Origin: Macrostomum hystrix
Lineage: Eukaryota > Animalia > Platyhelminthes
Direction: 5' to 3'
Length of the DNA: 64,000 nt
Assembly (NCBI GenBank): GCA_950097015.1
Contig: CATNEN010000007.1
Location: forward strand, 9,796,001 to 9,860,000
The notes beneath the pieces were generated by a model. That model ran no database searches. It worked only from the letters and a program-made list of their open reading frames with translations, and had not been told where the DNA came from. A program made the translations under genes and the position numbers. How positions within the stretch are numbered: the stretch's first letter is position 1; every line of letters starts with the position of its first letter. Positions 39,423-51,883 of this stretch are shown piece after piece.

Positions 39423-41242
39423 ATGGCCGGCAACACCTGCAACGGCATAGTCCATCCAAAACTTTTGCGGTTCTCCCATCAGACAGACCTGCTCGTGAAC
39501 ATGAAGGACATCAGGGGCAGTGCCTCGCTTATGCTGGAGCAGCAGGCATCGGAATCTGACGCAGCAGATGCTGGAGCAGACTCATGCGCTCATTCGCCGT
39601 CGACCGCCGCCCCATCGGCCTGCAGGCAGCAGGAATTTGATGAGGAGGACGATAATCTCAGCATCGCTGAGGGAGAGTTAGTCATTATAGACGAGGTCAA
39701 TCCGCAGGATGCTCGCGAGCAGCAGGAAGACGAAGATTGTATAGGTAAAGTTATTATTGGATGGCTATATCAAAAGGCAGAACTTTGAATTAAAATTTGA
39801 CTTTGAATATCAAATGGCAGCACCAAATCGATTGCATGCTCATGAGCTAAAAAAGGAACAATGAAAACTACTAATAAAAAAGGCTTTAAGAAAAAAAATT
39901 TTCATGCGAGCCATTGGTTTCAGTTACAATATCGCGGTTAGCATCTTATTACAGACTCCCCGAAAATAGCTAATGGCGTAAGCGATAGTGCCGCCAATGG
40001 ACCCGCAACCATAGCAGCGGAGGCCGCACGGCAGCCTGCAGAGAGGATTACGGCCCAGAAGTTGGACACATTGGCTGAGGTAAGCAAATAATAAATTTGC
40101 TGTCAACGCTACTAAATAGGCACGAAACGCGGCGATCTGTCCTGGCTAACAAATCGAGTTTTATTAACCAGGCCACAAAGGAGTTCTTCAAGAACCATCC
40201 GCTGGACGTTATGGAGTTGCAGCTCAAAAGTTTAATTCCATCGCCAAGCAAGCGCTACATCCGCATGCACTGTCGGCCAGAAAACGGTGAGTCGCATGAG
40301 TCCGGAAGCTCCTGCTTCGACCAGCTGGCGGGCCGGAAACCGACGCAATCCGGGCCGATGCCCGCAAGCTCGAGACTAGTGGCTGACTGTGTGCCCGTTT
40401 TCGGACATGCAGCATGCACACAGCCGGCATCAATGGTTTCCGGACAGTCGGACAACAGTGCTGCTGGGTATTACACGCGATTTCCTTTCTTGCATCAGAG
40501 CAACACAATGGCACAGAGGCCTCCAATGCAGCAGTCGATACCTTCCCATCAGCCTCTTCGCTACTACCAGCAATATCAGCACCAGCGGTTCTCCTACGGT
40601 CTGAATGATCCGTACAGCTCTCGATACATGCAGCATCGCGATGATAAATACCAACCGTACCCGATCGCCAATTCCGGTCATTTAGATTATTCGGTACACA
40701 AAGAACTCTTCTATCAGCAGCAGGAGAGGCAGCAGAGGCAGATGACTTTGAGTTCTCAGGTGAGTCCTTCAGCCGCCACCAGAGCGCCCATCACAGGCGC
40801 AGCTGCGCACTCCTGGCCAGGAGGGTCAACACCAGCTCTTCGGTCACAATTATCGCAGCATCAGACAACGACAGAGTTTAGAAGACCACAACCGCCTCCG
40901 CCACCACAGTCGCCGCAGACGCCGCCACCAGTGCAACAGCCCCAGCCGCGGCAGCGAAAGCGGCCAGCACAGTCTAGCGGCCGGGGACGTCGCTCCCGAA
41001 TGACTGGCGATCGATGCGCCGATCAGCAGTGGCAGTGCGGCCTCTGTGGCATCATCTTTCCCGAATGCAGCCTGTACGATCTCCACATGCAGTTCCACGA
41101 TCCTTACAACATTTGGCAGTGCAGCGTATGCACCTACCGTGCCAGTGGCGTGTTCGACTTCAACCAGCACCTGGTGCTGCTGCCCCACCAAATGGCATCA
41201 ACACCCAAGAGCCAAGTGGCTGGCAGCTGCGGCGCCACTTGA
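39423..41242 (+). CDS. Gln/Pro-rich protein with a C-terminal Hunchback/Ikaros-type zinc-finger pair; exons ~39423-39744, 39955-40079, 40172-41242 (5' end uncertain)
   Basis: Phase-compatible GT-AG junctions (G|gtaaag, tacag|AC, GAG|gtaagc, accag|GCC). C-terminal CGLCGIIFPECSLYDLHMQFH-DPYNIWQCSVC...FNQHLVLLPH. Confidence 0.7.
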
Positions 41243-41810
41243 TTCGCAGAAACGAACTCATATTGTATCATGTACATATTTAAGAAACAGACATCATCTT
41301 GCGGGAGTACTGCGTGATCAGAATAAGCATAAACATAAACATAATAATAATTGATTTAATGTTAATCTACGAGTATTAATAGTGCACAATTTTTATATCG
41401 TATGAGCGTATTTTACTCTATCAGCTGCCACAGCTGGTGCTTCAGTTTTCTATCATTTTCAGCTGAGTATATATATAGAATATGCTGCGATATACTCGCT
41501 TATTTGAATAACTCTTTAACAGTGTTCTTGTGATCAAAGTGAATTATCGGACTGAGTTTACATACTTTAGTATTTTGTGTACATAATTACAGTCCTCCTG
41601 TAATGCTTTTCTGTGAGCGCAAAAGTGAGCACACGTGTGCATTCATTTACCGTTTTGTTTAACTGCGCGTGTTGTCTAATCGCAGTCGCGTGTCCGAGCC
41701 TTATCAGTGAGTGGGCTCTGCATATGGCACAAGACCTGGGCAAAAGCCCTGAGAGACAGCCAGTGACAGCACAGGACCAAAACGCTGTTGATTGTGCTCC
41801 AGTCGAACTT

Positions 41811-42362
41811 ATGGGCAGCTCGCAGTCTGTGCAACTAGATGCGGAGGACTCAGCTCGACTGTCCGCTGAAAGCAGCTTCTCGCGCGAGGAGCTGCAGCGT
41901 CTGTACAGCCGCTTCATCAGCCTGGACAAAGCTGGCGACGGCGCACTCACACCTGCCGACCTCGAGCGAATTCCGGAGCTGAGCATCAACCCGGTGGGCA
42001 GCAGGCTCGTGGCCAGCTTCTTCGCTGACCAGGAGCGGATCAACTTCACCGAGTTCGTGCGCCTCCTGTCGATTTTCCGGCGGACCGACGGCGATGCGAA
42101 ACTGGAAACGGAGCGGCGCGCGCACCTGCTGCGCTACCTGTTCAACTTCTACGACGGCGACTGTGACGGTGTCATCTCCGTTGATGACCTACAGGGCGTC
42201 CTTCGCGACCTGCTAGGAAAGGATGCCGAGCCGCAGAAGGTGCGCCGTCTGGCCGAGCGGACAATCAGCAGCGCCAGCGGCGGCAGCCTCATCACGTTCG
42301 CTGACTTCGAGCGGGCCATGGCCGACCAGAAGGACCTGCTGAACATCACCTTCCTTGACTGA
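41811..42362 (+). CDS. CHP1: Calcineurin B homologous protein (CHP-like EF-hand), 183 aa, intronless
   Basis: Myristoylation-type start MGSSQS, FSREELQRLYSRFISLDK, IPELSINPVG, EF-hand YDGDCDGVISVDDL. Confidence 0.85.
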   Translation: MGSSQSVQLDAEDSARLSAESSFSREELQRLYSRFISLDKAGDGALTPADLERIPELSINPVGSRLVASFFADQERINFTEFVRLLSIFRRTDGDAKLETERRAHLLRYLFNFYDGDCDGVISVDDLQGVLRDLLGKDAEPQKVRRLAERTISSASGGSLITFADFERAMADQKDLLNITFLD

Positions 42363-43029
42363 CCCCGGCACTTGCAACTGACCTGACCCTCACTTTGCAG
42401 GGATAATTTTGCCTGCGAAGTTTGAGTCTATTCAATTTTTTGTTACCGTAAAAGCCGTTAAAAGAACAATAGGCTTGCTCGGCAGCTAAAGGCATCGTTT
42501 TTGATCATTCAGGGTATGAGGGGCAATATAACTGGGCTTGAGTACTGATAAAATCACCACTGCTCAAGTAGCAGTTGCTGCAGCCTAGTCATTGTGATCA
42601 TCGCGCCGAATCATCCATTAATTTGTGTCCCCACAGAGACCATCCAAGCTGAAGTCAATTTGCAAGCATCGAATAAAGGCTTTGCAGAACAATCTGCCGA
42701 TGGCGTATCCATTTTGCTTTTTTGTTCTAATTCGCTTTCCGTTCTGATAGCAGCGATTCGCCATAATACAATCTGTCTTATCTGCCTCTGCTGACTGGAG
42801 CATGTAGCTTAATGGCATTGTGCCACAGAACTCATTGGTTCATTGGAGAGCTGTCTAAAGAATGCTTGAATTAGAAAAACACTCATGGAGACGCTGCATG
42901 GAGATGCATGGGCAGCTGGAGTAGACAAAGTGAACCAGAACTGCAAAATATTGAAATCAGTACGGATGGCAGACATTGTACAGTGTCTGTTTCATGAGGC
43001 TGATTGTGACTGGTACCACGATTGCAGAC

Positions 43030-43385
43030 TGAGGATTACAGTGACTGTAGATTGTGTATTGAAGCAGCTGTAGATTGAGGATTAGAGGCTGTAGATTGAA
43101 TATTACAGTGGCTGTAGATTGAGTATTGTAGAGGCTGTAGATTGAGGATTTCAGAGGCTGTAGATTTGGGATTTCAGTGGCTGTAGATTGAGGATTTCAG
43201 AGGCTGTAGATTGAGGATTTCAGAGGCTGTAGATTTGGGATTTCAGTGGCTGAAGATTGAGGATTTCAGAGGCTGTAGATTGAGGATTTCAAAGGCTGTA
43301 GATTGGGGATTTCAGAGGCTGTAGATTGAGGATTTCAGAGGCTGTAGATTGAGGATTTCAGAGGCTGTAGATTGGGGATTTGAGA
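43030..43385. repeat. 23-bp minisatellite (~15 copies)
   Basis: Unit ggctgtagattgaggatttcaga. Confidence 0.95.
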
Positions 43386-43699
43386 CCGTAATGTATGCAA
43401 GCAGAGAGAAATGGCGCCAAACCCAGATCAGCCAGGTGTGCAGCCGTAGGCAGTGCGTGGCGAGGGAGAATAAGTGTTTTGCTCAAGGTTGAGGAGTTTT
43501 TTCCCTTTGGCTGAGATTCGAGCTGCTGACCTCTTGCTTAATCCGAAGTTAACTTTGGATTATCTACAGACATCACAGAATATTACCGAGAATAGATCGT
43601 ACGAGGGGGCTCTAAAAATTAAGCATCAAGCGGAGTGGGCCAGCCTCTTAAATCCCCACTTGTCCATCAATTAAAGCTGAAAAAAATTTACAACTTGAC

Positions 43700-44025
43700 G
43701 ATAATAATAAACAATAATACTGATTTGAGGAGTGCTCCAGGCAATTTCACATTATTTGGCGACACTAGACCCGCAGCCAGCGAGGAGGCAATCGAAGGTT
43801 CACACTCTCACAGGTGTGTACATCTGCACCGACTTTCTCATCGTCAGGCAGTTTACACTCTCATTGTGCCTTGGAGGTTGACCCTCAAGGGCGTAAATTG
43901 AACGACAAGCTCCCAAGCCTTCTCTCCGCGGCTGCGCCCAAATGAATGCAGCTTTTATCACGGAATCGAGCTCAGGGACCTTGGTGCGAGAGGCAAAGTC
44001 GTTAACCGCTCTGCCACTCGCACCA
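43700..44025 (-). mobile_element. tRNA-derived SINE, family A (near full length)
   Basis: Reverse strand begins gtggtgcgagtggcagagcggttaacg (A box) ... gagctcgattcc (B box), body homologous to 12250-12480, AT-rich simple tail. Confidence 0.75.
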
Positions 44026-44254
44026 CTACTGGAAGATACAAATAAGTAGTGTGGTTGTGCTGGTGGTGGAGTGCTTAAGTGTTTATTGTGAGTTTACCTA
44101 AGAATGAATGGCAATGAGTCAAGCAGCTCCAGGTAGGGGAATTCCTATTGTACGTACTATGTACTGGCACTGCTGCCTGTGTACAAGTACACTTTCAGGA
44201 CTGAATTTTCGAGTATAAAAAATAAACTGCAATTGAGTTTAACATTTCACAGCT

Positions 44255-44435
44255 TTGATGGGGAGTTCAAGGTCGGGGGTTCGATTCCCGACTGAGGTAT
44301 GCGTAATTGCGGGTGGTTTATGGCGTCACTCCAGTCCATGGACTGAACCTTCAAACGCGCCGCACAATAGCCGCGACTGTGCTGGCTGTCGGCTGTACAT
44401 CTGGCCCGATTGGGACGGGTGCAATAATTTGACTA
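44255..44435 (+). mobile_element. tRNA-derived SINE, family B
   Basis: B box ggttcgattccc at ~44278, followed by a body shared with 16330-16460. Confidence 0.6.
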
Positions 44436-44744
44436 TTTTGGTTTATACGAAACAGATACAAAAATAACTTTTTATGGTATCTATGAGCCGCAAGAGCCAG
44501 CAAAGCCGACGGTTTCTAAATAAAGGCACTGAAAAGCTCATCCTAGTAAACAGCAGTGAATAAGCGTGCCCCTCGGTGCGTGGGCCTGCGCAGCATCCAC
44601 TGTGTGCCATCTGCCCTAATCCGGAAATAAGGAGGCAATTTTGATTATGCAGACACAGAGACTTGCTGTCAACCCTTGCTGTGCCTCAGTTGCTGCACAC
44701 AGATCACAGGGCAGGGTTCCACTGCTTCAGTGGCATCAGCTTAA

Positions 44745-45295
44745 TGGATTGATTTGAAGACTGGCTGGATTGATTTGAAGACTGGCTGGATTGATATGAA
44801 GATGAGTTGGATTGATTTGAAGATTGGCTGGATTGATTTGAAGATTGGCTGGACTGATAGGCAGATTGGCTGGACTGATAGGCAGATTGGCTGGACTGAT
44901 AGGCGATTGGCTGGACTGATAGGCAGATTGGCTGGACTGATAGGCAGATTGGCTGGACTGATAGGCGATTGGCTGGACTGATAGGCAGATTGGCTGGACT
45001 GATAGGCAGATTGGCTGGACTGATAGGCAGATTGGCTGGACTGATAGGCAGATTGGCTGGACTGATAGGCAGATTGGCTGGACTGATGGCAGATTGGCTG
45101 GACTGATAGGCAGATTTGCTGGACTGATAGGCAGATTGGCTGGGCTGATAGGCAGATTGGCTGGACTGATAGGCAGATTGGCTGGGCTGATAGGCAGATT
45201 GGCTGGACTGATAGGCAGATTGGCTGGACTGATAGGCAGATTGGCTGGGCTGATAGGCAGATTGGCTGGACTGATAGGCAGATTGGCTGGGCATA
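44745..45295. repeat. 21-bp minisatellite (~26 copies)
   Basis: Unit gattggctggactgataggca, with a related gattgatttgaa variant at the left end. Confidence 0.95.
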
Positions 45296-46084
45296 CTGGC
45301 AAATCTCCTTTCACCGCCTGCTGTGCAAGCTGATTCACAAATAAAGCAGGCGAAGACAATTATTGATCAGGCTGGCATATTTCCGCGCACTCGGCAGCCG
45401 CATGATCATCGGGCCGAGAAGATCAGTGAGCAAGCAGGTGCGAAAGCCGATTAAAAATGGAATAACAACTGTGCTTATATTTATTTGATTTTAAAGCAGT
45501 CAATAATCAGTAGCCAATAGTGCTATTGTGCGGGGAGTCAGAGCGGTGCATTCGATAAATGAATAAGCATAGCAGGCAGGGCGGTGCGAAAACAATCACG
45601 CAGGACTGCGGGCTTATTGATACAAAATCAGCTTGGGCCAGGCTGACAGCCTGAAATTGCTTTCTATTGCTTGCAAAAGGCACAGCCATCATCGATTGAA
45701 ACTAAAGCAAAACTTCATAAAAAATTCGGTTTTTAATAAAACAAAACTGATAATACGAGCTATCACAGCCTTAGTGATGGTATTGTTAGTAAACTGTGTT
45801 TACCTGGAATAGTTATAAAATCAAGCATTGCGTATTCAACATCCTCATGCATGTACAGGGGACTCAAGTGGTTGTTATAGAAACAGATTCAGGGCCATTG
45901 TTCATAGAAATAATCAAAAGCGAAATCCGACAGACAAATCTAGTGCCTGCGCGACTGTTTGAATTAATAAAATCAATCAGCTCCTAAAGCTACGGTAATG
46001 GATAAATACTGGCCCGACACAAATAAATCATCACACACGATCTTGTCGACACAATGAGACCACTGGGGTGGATCAGGAACTGCT

Positions 46085-46705
46085 GGGGGTGGGGGTCAGT
46101 GTACAGTTGGTGGGGGTGGGTGTGGGGTCAGTGTACAGTTAGTGGGGGTGGGGTGGGGTCAGTGTAAGGCTAGCGTCGCTGCCTGGCACTCCAACGGACG
46201 CTAGTTCGAATCTCCCTCCAAGTCACGTTTAATTTCGGGACTTGTTGGAGGGTTTGGACAGTACCGACCGGCGGAGGTGCACCATATTTCGTGCAATCAA
46301 AGCTTGAAACAATAGCTTCGCTCCTACCATTCTGTGTGCCTGTTCTGCGTTGTGTGAGTTGTGTGCGTTGGCGCTGGGGCGTGAGGCCTCGGGGGGGTGG
46401 CTGGGGGCGGGTGTACACTGCCGCGCGCTTTCTGGATTTCCGTCAGCGCGATTGGATAATAAGTGTACACTCATCACCCGGCCCCCCCTGAGGACTGAAT
46501 GGAATCCCATTGTCGATTGACTATTAAGTTGCGTCATAAATTTGAGTGAGTGGACAGAGAGGGGTCAAGGGGGCAATGCAAATAGATAGATAAATAGATG
46601 GTGGGGTCAGTGTACAGTTGGTGGGGGTGGGTGTGGGGTCAGTGTACAGTTGGTGGGGGTGGGAGTGGGGTCAATGTACAGTTGGTGGGGGGTGGGTGTC
46701 GGGTC
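46085..46705. repeat. G-rich ~27-32-bp minisatellite interrupted by a ~430-bp insertion
   Basis: ggggtcagtgtacagttggtgggggtgggtgt units at 46085-46166 and 46598-46705. Confidence 0.8.
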
Positions 46706-47012
46706 AGGGAGCCGAGCACAATTCTATATCAGGCGAAGAAGAATTCGATTTCGCCACAGAACGCAGTCATGGTAAAACAAGCAAAGCTATACAACGGTAA
46801 AAGCGAGAAACTTCCGCCGATCTTCAGTATTGAGGACGCTTTCGGTTCAAACTCTCAGCTAGAATTTGAAGCATCCGACTCTGAACTGTCAATATACTGT
46901 AGATAGTCACTGTATTTACAATACAGCGGCTGCCTTCACTGAATGACGATCTCCAGGGTGGCAGTGGGAGCCGGGCTTCCAGAATTCTCCCCTGCATTGC
47001 CGCATCAAAGCC

Positions 47013-48251
47013 TCAGATCCGCGTCTCCTTGCGCAGCAGACGCTGCCGACCGCTGAGGTCGCTGGACTCGCGCGACAGATAAGTGACATTGGTGCGACTG
47101 TTGCCGCTGTCAGACCGGCCAACCGGGCCGCCGCTGCTGCTAACGGTGGCTGCGCCGACACCGCCGCCGCTGCCGCTGGCCGTCTGGCTGCCGCTGCGGT
47201 CCAGTCGGTCGCGCAGGCGCTGCATCCGCTCAACCCGGCAGGCCAGGAGGGCCATGGCCGCCCGGCGGAAGTTGCGCCCGGTGAAGCAGTAAAGCAGGAA
47301 GTTGCAGCCGAAGTTGCAGGTGAACAGGACGAAGGCCAGCAGCCACAGGTCGGCTAGCAGGCCGCGTTTATGTGCGGAGGAATCATTCATCTCGTGCCAG
47401 GTGTGAATGGAGCTAACGATGGTGGTGGGCAGGGTGAAGACGAGGAACGCCACGGACACGGCCAGCAGTCGCACGGTTATGCTGAGCTCCTGGCGCTCCT
47501 GCCGGCTGGAGATACCACCCGGCGTCGCTCGGCGGTTGCGCCGGCGCAGTACGACTACCAGGAGGCCGTTGGAGATGCAGATGATGATCCATGGCACCAC
47601 AGACAGCACGGCATTGCCAGCCAGGCGGCCAATGTAGAAGTGGTCGTTAGGCACGCACCTGTGCTGCTTGCCAACCTGCTTGTTTTCGAAGCCGAAGATC
47701 ACGTAGATGTTGAGCAGGCCGGACACAACCACCAGGGCCGCCACCGCTTTGATGCCGTTGCGCACCGTGCAGAGCCGCGTGCCCCACTTCAACGGGCTCA
47801 GCACGGAGACACAACGCTCGACAGACAGCACCACCACCAGCCAGACGGACACCATGCGGCACAGGAAGGACAGATAAACCCGCAGCTGCGAGAACCAGCA
47901 GATGCCGGTGGCCACGCGGACCCAGTTATCGGGCGTGAACTGGCCAATCACAAAGTAATAGCCCTGCATGATGACGCCCAGCCAGATGGACAGCATGATT
48001 GACACCAGGGTCACGGAGTCGGCCATGGCCAGGCAGCACAGGTAGAAGTGGCTGGACACGCGCCTGGCTGACTCCTTCAGCAGGATGAAAGCCAGGGTAT
48101 TGCCGACAATGCCCAGGATGCAGACAATCGGCACAAATACTGCGCAGAAGGTCTGCATGGCGATGTGGCCCACAGGCACACTGATGAACACGAATGGGAC
48201 TGTGCTGTTGCCGCCACTCGAATTGGCGCTGGCGGCTGATTGGCTGATCAT
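47013..48251 (-). CDS. Class A neuropeptide-receptor-like GPCR (FMRFamide/sex-peptide receptor-like), intronless, 412 aa
   Basis: GIVGN (TM1), YLCCLAMAD (TM2), SVWLVVVLSVERC (TM3), FLVFTLP (TM6), NFGCNFLLYCFTGRNFR (TM7). Confidence 0.88.
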   Translation of the reverse strand: MISQSAASANSSGGNSTVPFVFISVPVGHIAMQTFCAVFVPIVCILGIVGNTLAFILLKESARRVSSHFYLCCLAMADSVTLVSIMLSIWLGVIMQGYYFVIGQFTPDNWVRVATGICWFSQLRVYLSFLCRMVSVWLVVVLSVERCVSVLSPLKWGTRLCTVRNGIKAVAALVVVSGLLNIYVIFGFENKQVGKQHRCVPNDHFYIGRLAGNAVLSVVPWIIICISNGLLVVVLRRRNRRATPGGISSRQERQELSITVRLLAVSVAFLVFTLPTTIVSSIHTWHEMNDSSAHKRGLLADLWLLAFVLFTCNFGCNFLLYCFTGRNFRRAAMALLACRVERMQRLRDRLDRSGSQTASGSGGGVGAATVSSSGGPVGRSDSGNSRTNVTYLSRESSDLSGRQRLLRKETRI

Positions 48252-49049
48252 CTTGCCTGACAGCTGGCGGCGTCCGCAATAGGCTGCAAGCGAATCAGAG
48301 GCGACTTACTGTAGCTGTACACATTTGCACATCAATATTGACATCCTGTCAAAAGCACACCACTATGAGCCGATCGACCCATGCAAATACTACAATAGTG
48401 TTAAAGCTAAAATTATTTTATCGTATTCGCTTTATGACAGAACAACTTACAAAAATATAACCTAAAATAACTAAAACCTTACATTCGCACTATTTTGAGT
48501 AAGTTATGAAATAATTCATGAGTAAGTAAACATACACTACTTGTAAATGCAATAACTTCCTAAACAGTGAATTGTCTCAAAGAAAAAATGTTTAAGGATA
48601 TAAAAAATATTATATTTGAATTAGAAAAATGAATAAAGACTTTCATAGAATAAAAATTCCGATTGCCTCTGCCATCTTCTGAGTCTTAAAGATAGAAAAT
48701 GCAGTTTTTTATGGGCTGCTGCTGGCTGTCATGGCTTTTTATATATAGCAAGTTGCCTCTAGAAAAGATATAACCCATGTATGGCTATATTAGACTAATA
48801 ATACAAGTCCTGGATAAACTGTGGTTGCTGTGCAAGAACAAAATGTCCATATAAGTTTAAATTTTATTCACTACCACTTACACATCTGCTCTATTGAATG
48901 GTAAAGCCGCATAACAATTAAACATACAGAACAAAACTTATAGCTGTTTAAAACCTGTACACATTAATTTTTCAACAGGATTTGGACATTCAAACTTTTA
49001 CTAGCTACTACCATTGATGTTCCCCATAGTGCCGCGCAGGTTGGGACTG

Positions 49050-49285
49050 GCTTGCTCAACATATTATCCATCCATGGAAATCACTTGAGATAGCACTCAA
49101 TTTCTTGAAGCTATTCTTCCAAAAGGTTGCATCCAGCTGACATAGGGTTTTGTTGGAGGCATCAATAACCTGCTCACATGTAGTGAAGACTTTGCCTCAC
49201 ATCAGCATCTTTATTAGGCCCAACAGATGGAAGTAAGCAATGGCAAGGTCTGGACTATCTAGGCTGGTTTGGAAGCCAGCATGTA
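49050..49285 (-). pseudogene. Degenerate mariner transposase C-terminal fragment
   Basis: Reverse frame DSPDLAIAYFHLLGLIKMLM*GKVFTTCEQVIDA...FWKNSFKKL resembles the mariner YSPDLAPxDxHLF...LxGKxF motif; contains a stop and frameshifts. Confidence 0.7.
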
Positions 49286-49697
49286 AGAATGAAATGCTAT
49301 TGGCTCTCTCTCTCTCTTGATCCAAATTCAAATGGATTTTTAGCTAATTCATTGCCTTGTTTGAGTGAGAGAAAAACATTAGCTGAGAAAGTGCAAGTCA
49401 CTTTGTGCTTTGTTTGATTTCTTGCACTTCTGCAATGACATCAATTATCAGAAAATTTCTGTAGCTCATCCTTAGCTGATTTATCCTTCAGGGCAACAAA
49501 CTTGAAAAGACATTTCCCAAATAAGCAGGTCAGGAAACCTTGTTCTTCTTTAATGATTTGAATGATTGTATTAAAAAAGCATAAGTGCTAGTTTTAAACA
49601 GCTATACATTCAGCATATTTAATAGTTGTCGCTGTAGCATTCAGTAGAGCAAATTTGTTAGAGGTAGTGAGTAATTTTTCAGCCTCCATAATCCATC

Positions 49698-50300
49698 GGA
49701 TTATGGTCATTTCAGTGACAGGACATTTTGGTGACAGTTGTTTTAGTGATAAGTCATTTTGGTGACACTTAGCAAGTAATTGTCAATTAGTAACAAACAA
49801 ATACTAAAAAAATATCTCTAAATTTGGTTACTTTTGTTTCAATTGAATTACTTTAAATTTAGACTACTACCATTTTACTGTAAATTTTGTTTTGTGACAA
49901 TTATTTACATTTCCATTGTGGCTAACAATAAACAAAGCAATCCATAATGTTAAATCAACATAATCTCAATCTGGCAGTTAGGGACATCACATCACATGGA
50001 ATTTAATGTGCAGAATAATGTATATGTATGCTGGGGATATATGCATTAAAACAAAGAAGAAACGGCAAAATAAAACAAAAACAAAATAAATGTTATAATT
50101 TTAGCAAAGACTAGCAAGTTTTGCCCCCCTTCGGGGAACAGAAATATTTTTAATTCGTCTTGTATATACTTTTTAGCAGCTGTATTTTCAGCTTTTTTAA
50201 GCTAAATTGGTCACCCAGTTGACAATGATAACCCCTGTCACCAGGGGTTCCAATTAATGCCTTGTCACCGAAATGACTTGACACTGAAATGACTGGCACC
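49698..50300. mobile_element. Non-autonomous TIR element related in end structure to 9980-10715
   Basis: TIR ggtcatttcagtg / cactgaaatgact with subterminal (g)tcattttggtgaca repeats; only a degenerate 9-bp TSD (taatccatc / cattccttc). Confidence 0.65.
50111..50237 (-). mobile_element. Helitron 3'-end fragment (type B end) nested in the TIR element
   Basis: Reverse complement of ~58625-58742: one 18-bp satellite-like unit, cagctgctaaaaagt, hairpin ccccgaagggggg, then aaaacttgCTAG|T. Confidence 0.8.
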
Positions 50301-51883
50301 CATTCCTTCACTGAGACTAGGCAAACAGTCCTGAAAATTTTGCAACACTCCTCATACAGTATCTATGAATTGGAAATATGATGTTTATTGATACAAGCAT
50401 AATATCTCAATGTTGTTTACAGGTGTATAAGTATAACAAATTTTGTGCATTAACAATAACCTATAATCTAAATTGTCAACAACAGAACAAGTTACGACAT
50501 CCATGGCTCAACAAATTTGTATTTTAATGAAGATATGATAACAAAAAACTATATACAGCAATTTGCTTCTAGTAATTAATTTGTTGCAGATTACGAATTC
50601 GCAGGCGACTGGCTTAAACACAAGAAGGTACAGCAACACTTAAGTAGTTCCTTTACATTTCGTGTATAAAAACTGACTTGAATAGATAAATGAGTGAACA
50701 AGCGTTTTATGTCTTTAAGATTTTAGTTAAAAATTTCATGCATATAACAGTAACTTTTGCATTAAAATTTACTAAGTGGCAGAATATTAGTGTTCTTGTT
50801 AAATGAATTACGTGGGTTTTGTTTATCTTTTTTTCCGTAATAAGTCCGCATTTCTCTCATCATTTTATTAATCTGAACCCAGAATTCTAGTAGTTCAAAG
50901 TATCTATGATCTGAAAAAAATCAAGCTGGATGTTTGCCTTTCTTTAACATTATTGTTGGAAGCTGCAACTGAGAAGTATAACAATGAATATTTTAAGCGA
51001 GAAGATCCTAATGAGTAGCGCATTTAAAATATGTTGTAAACAGAAAGACTGGTTCCAGTCGAGTGCAGCCCAGTTTTAATTCTCGTCCATTTTTTAGCTG
51101 GATATTCTTTTGTTTCATGTCATTTCTCGTAACCTTCAGATTTTACATTATTTGCCATGCGAACTGCATGGCACTTTGACTCTGCATCCCCGTCGGCCTC
51201 TAATCAGGATTCTGCAGGTCGCTCCTGGCAGCCGCCGCAGGCCCTCCTCGGCTCTCTATGTTGACCGGGTCAAGTGCTGGGGCTCTCCAGTGTCTTCAGA
51301 TGCGGTGATGTTTTTTAACACCGATCGATCGATTTTATATAGATTCATTTTACTGTAAAAAATAGAAGTCGAGCCCTGCTTGGTGACTACTAGCCATATA
51401 CAGCCTTCATGGTTACTGTACATGTTCCTCCTTTTCATAAATTTAGAAGCATCGCACAGATATACTAACTAACGTACTAACTATAACACACTAACATACA
51501 TGAAGTAGATCTACATGTATCTATAGTACATGTACAATTACGAGCCATAGTTTGTATACAGATTAAAATATAATGTGAACTTTTGAAAACAATGATAGGC
51601 TGTGTACGTGAAAAAAAAATTCTGCGTTTAGTTTCATCAACTATCCGTTTGACTGACGCGTGCCGCACTCTGCTGGCATCGTCGCCGTTGTTCAGCCTCA
51701 GACGCAAGTCCTCTTGAAGCAGTCTTGTATTTGAATCATAGCCAGTCCTTGGAATATTAAAATACGCGCACAAAAAGTACAGTGCATAAACGGCATACAA
51801 AATAGAAATGATAAATTAATGCAAAGCTGAAAAGCAGTGCCTAATAAAAGAAGTGATTGAAAAAATGTACGAATATCATAGCA

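Noticed and set aside
41613-41810. N-terminal extension of the CHP ORF in the ORF track
   Set aside because: Begins at GTG. Family similarity and the myristoylation motif start at ATG 41811, just after a splice acceptor.
43960-44295. Possible tRNA genes (A and B boxes)
   Set aside because: No complete cloverleaf; each continues into a body shared with another dispersed copy, so they are SINE heads.
44704-45359. SSQSAYQ / SPANLPI repeat ORFs
   Set aside because: 21-bp satellite with frameshifting units.
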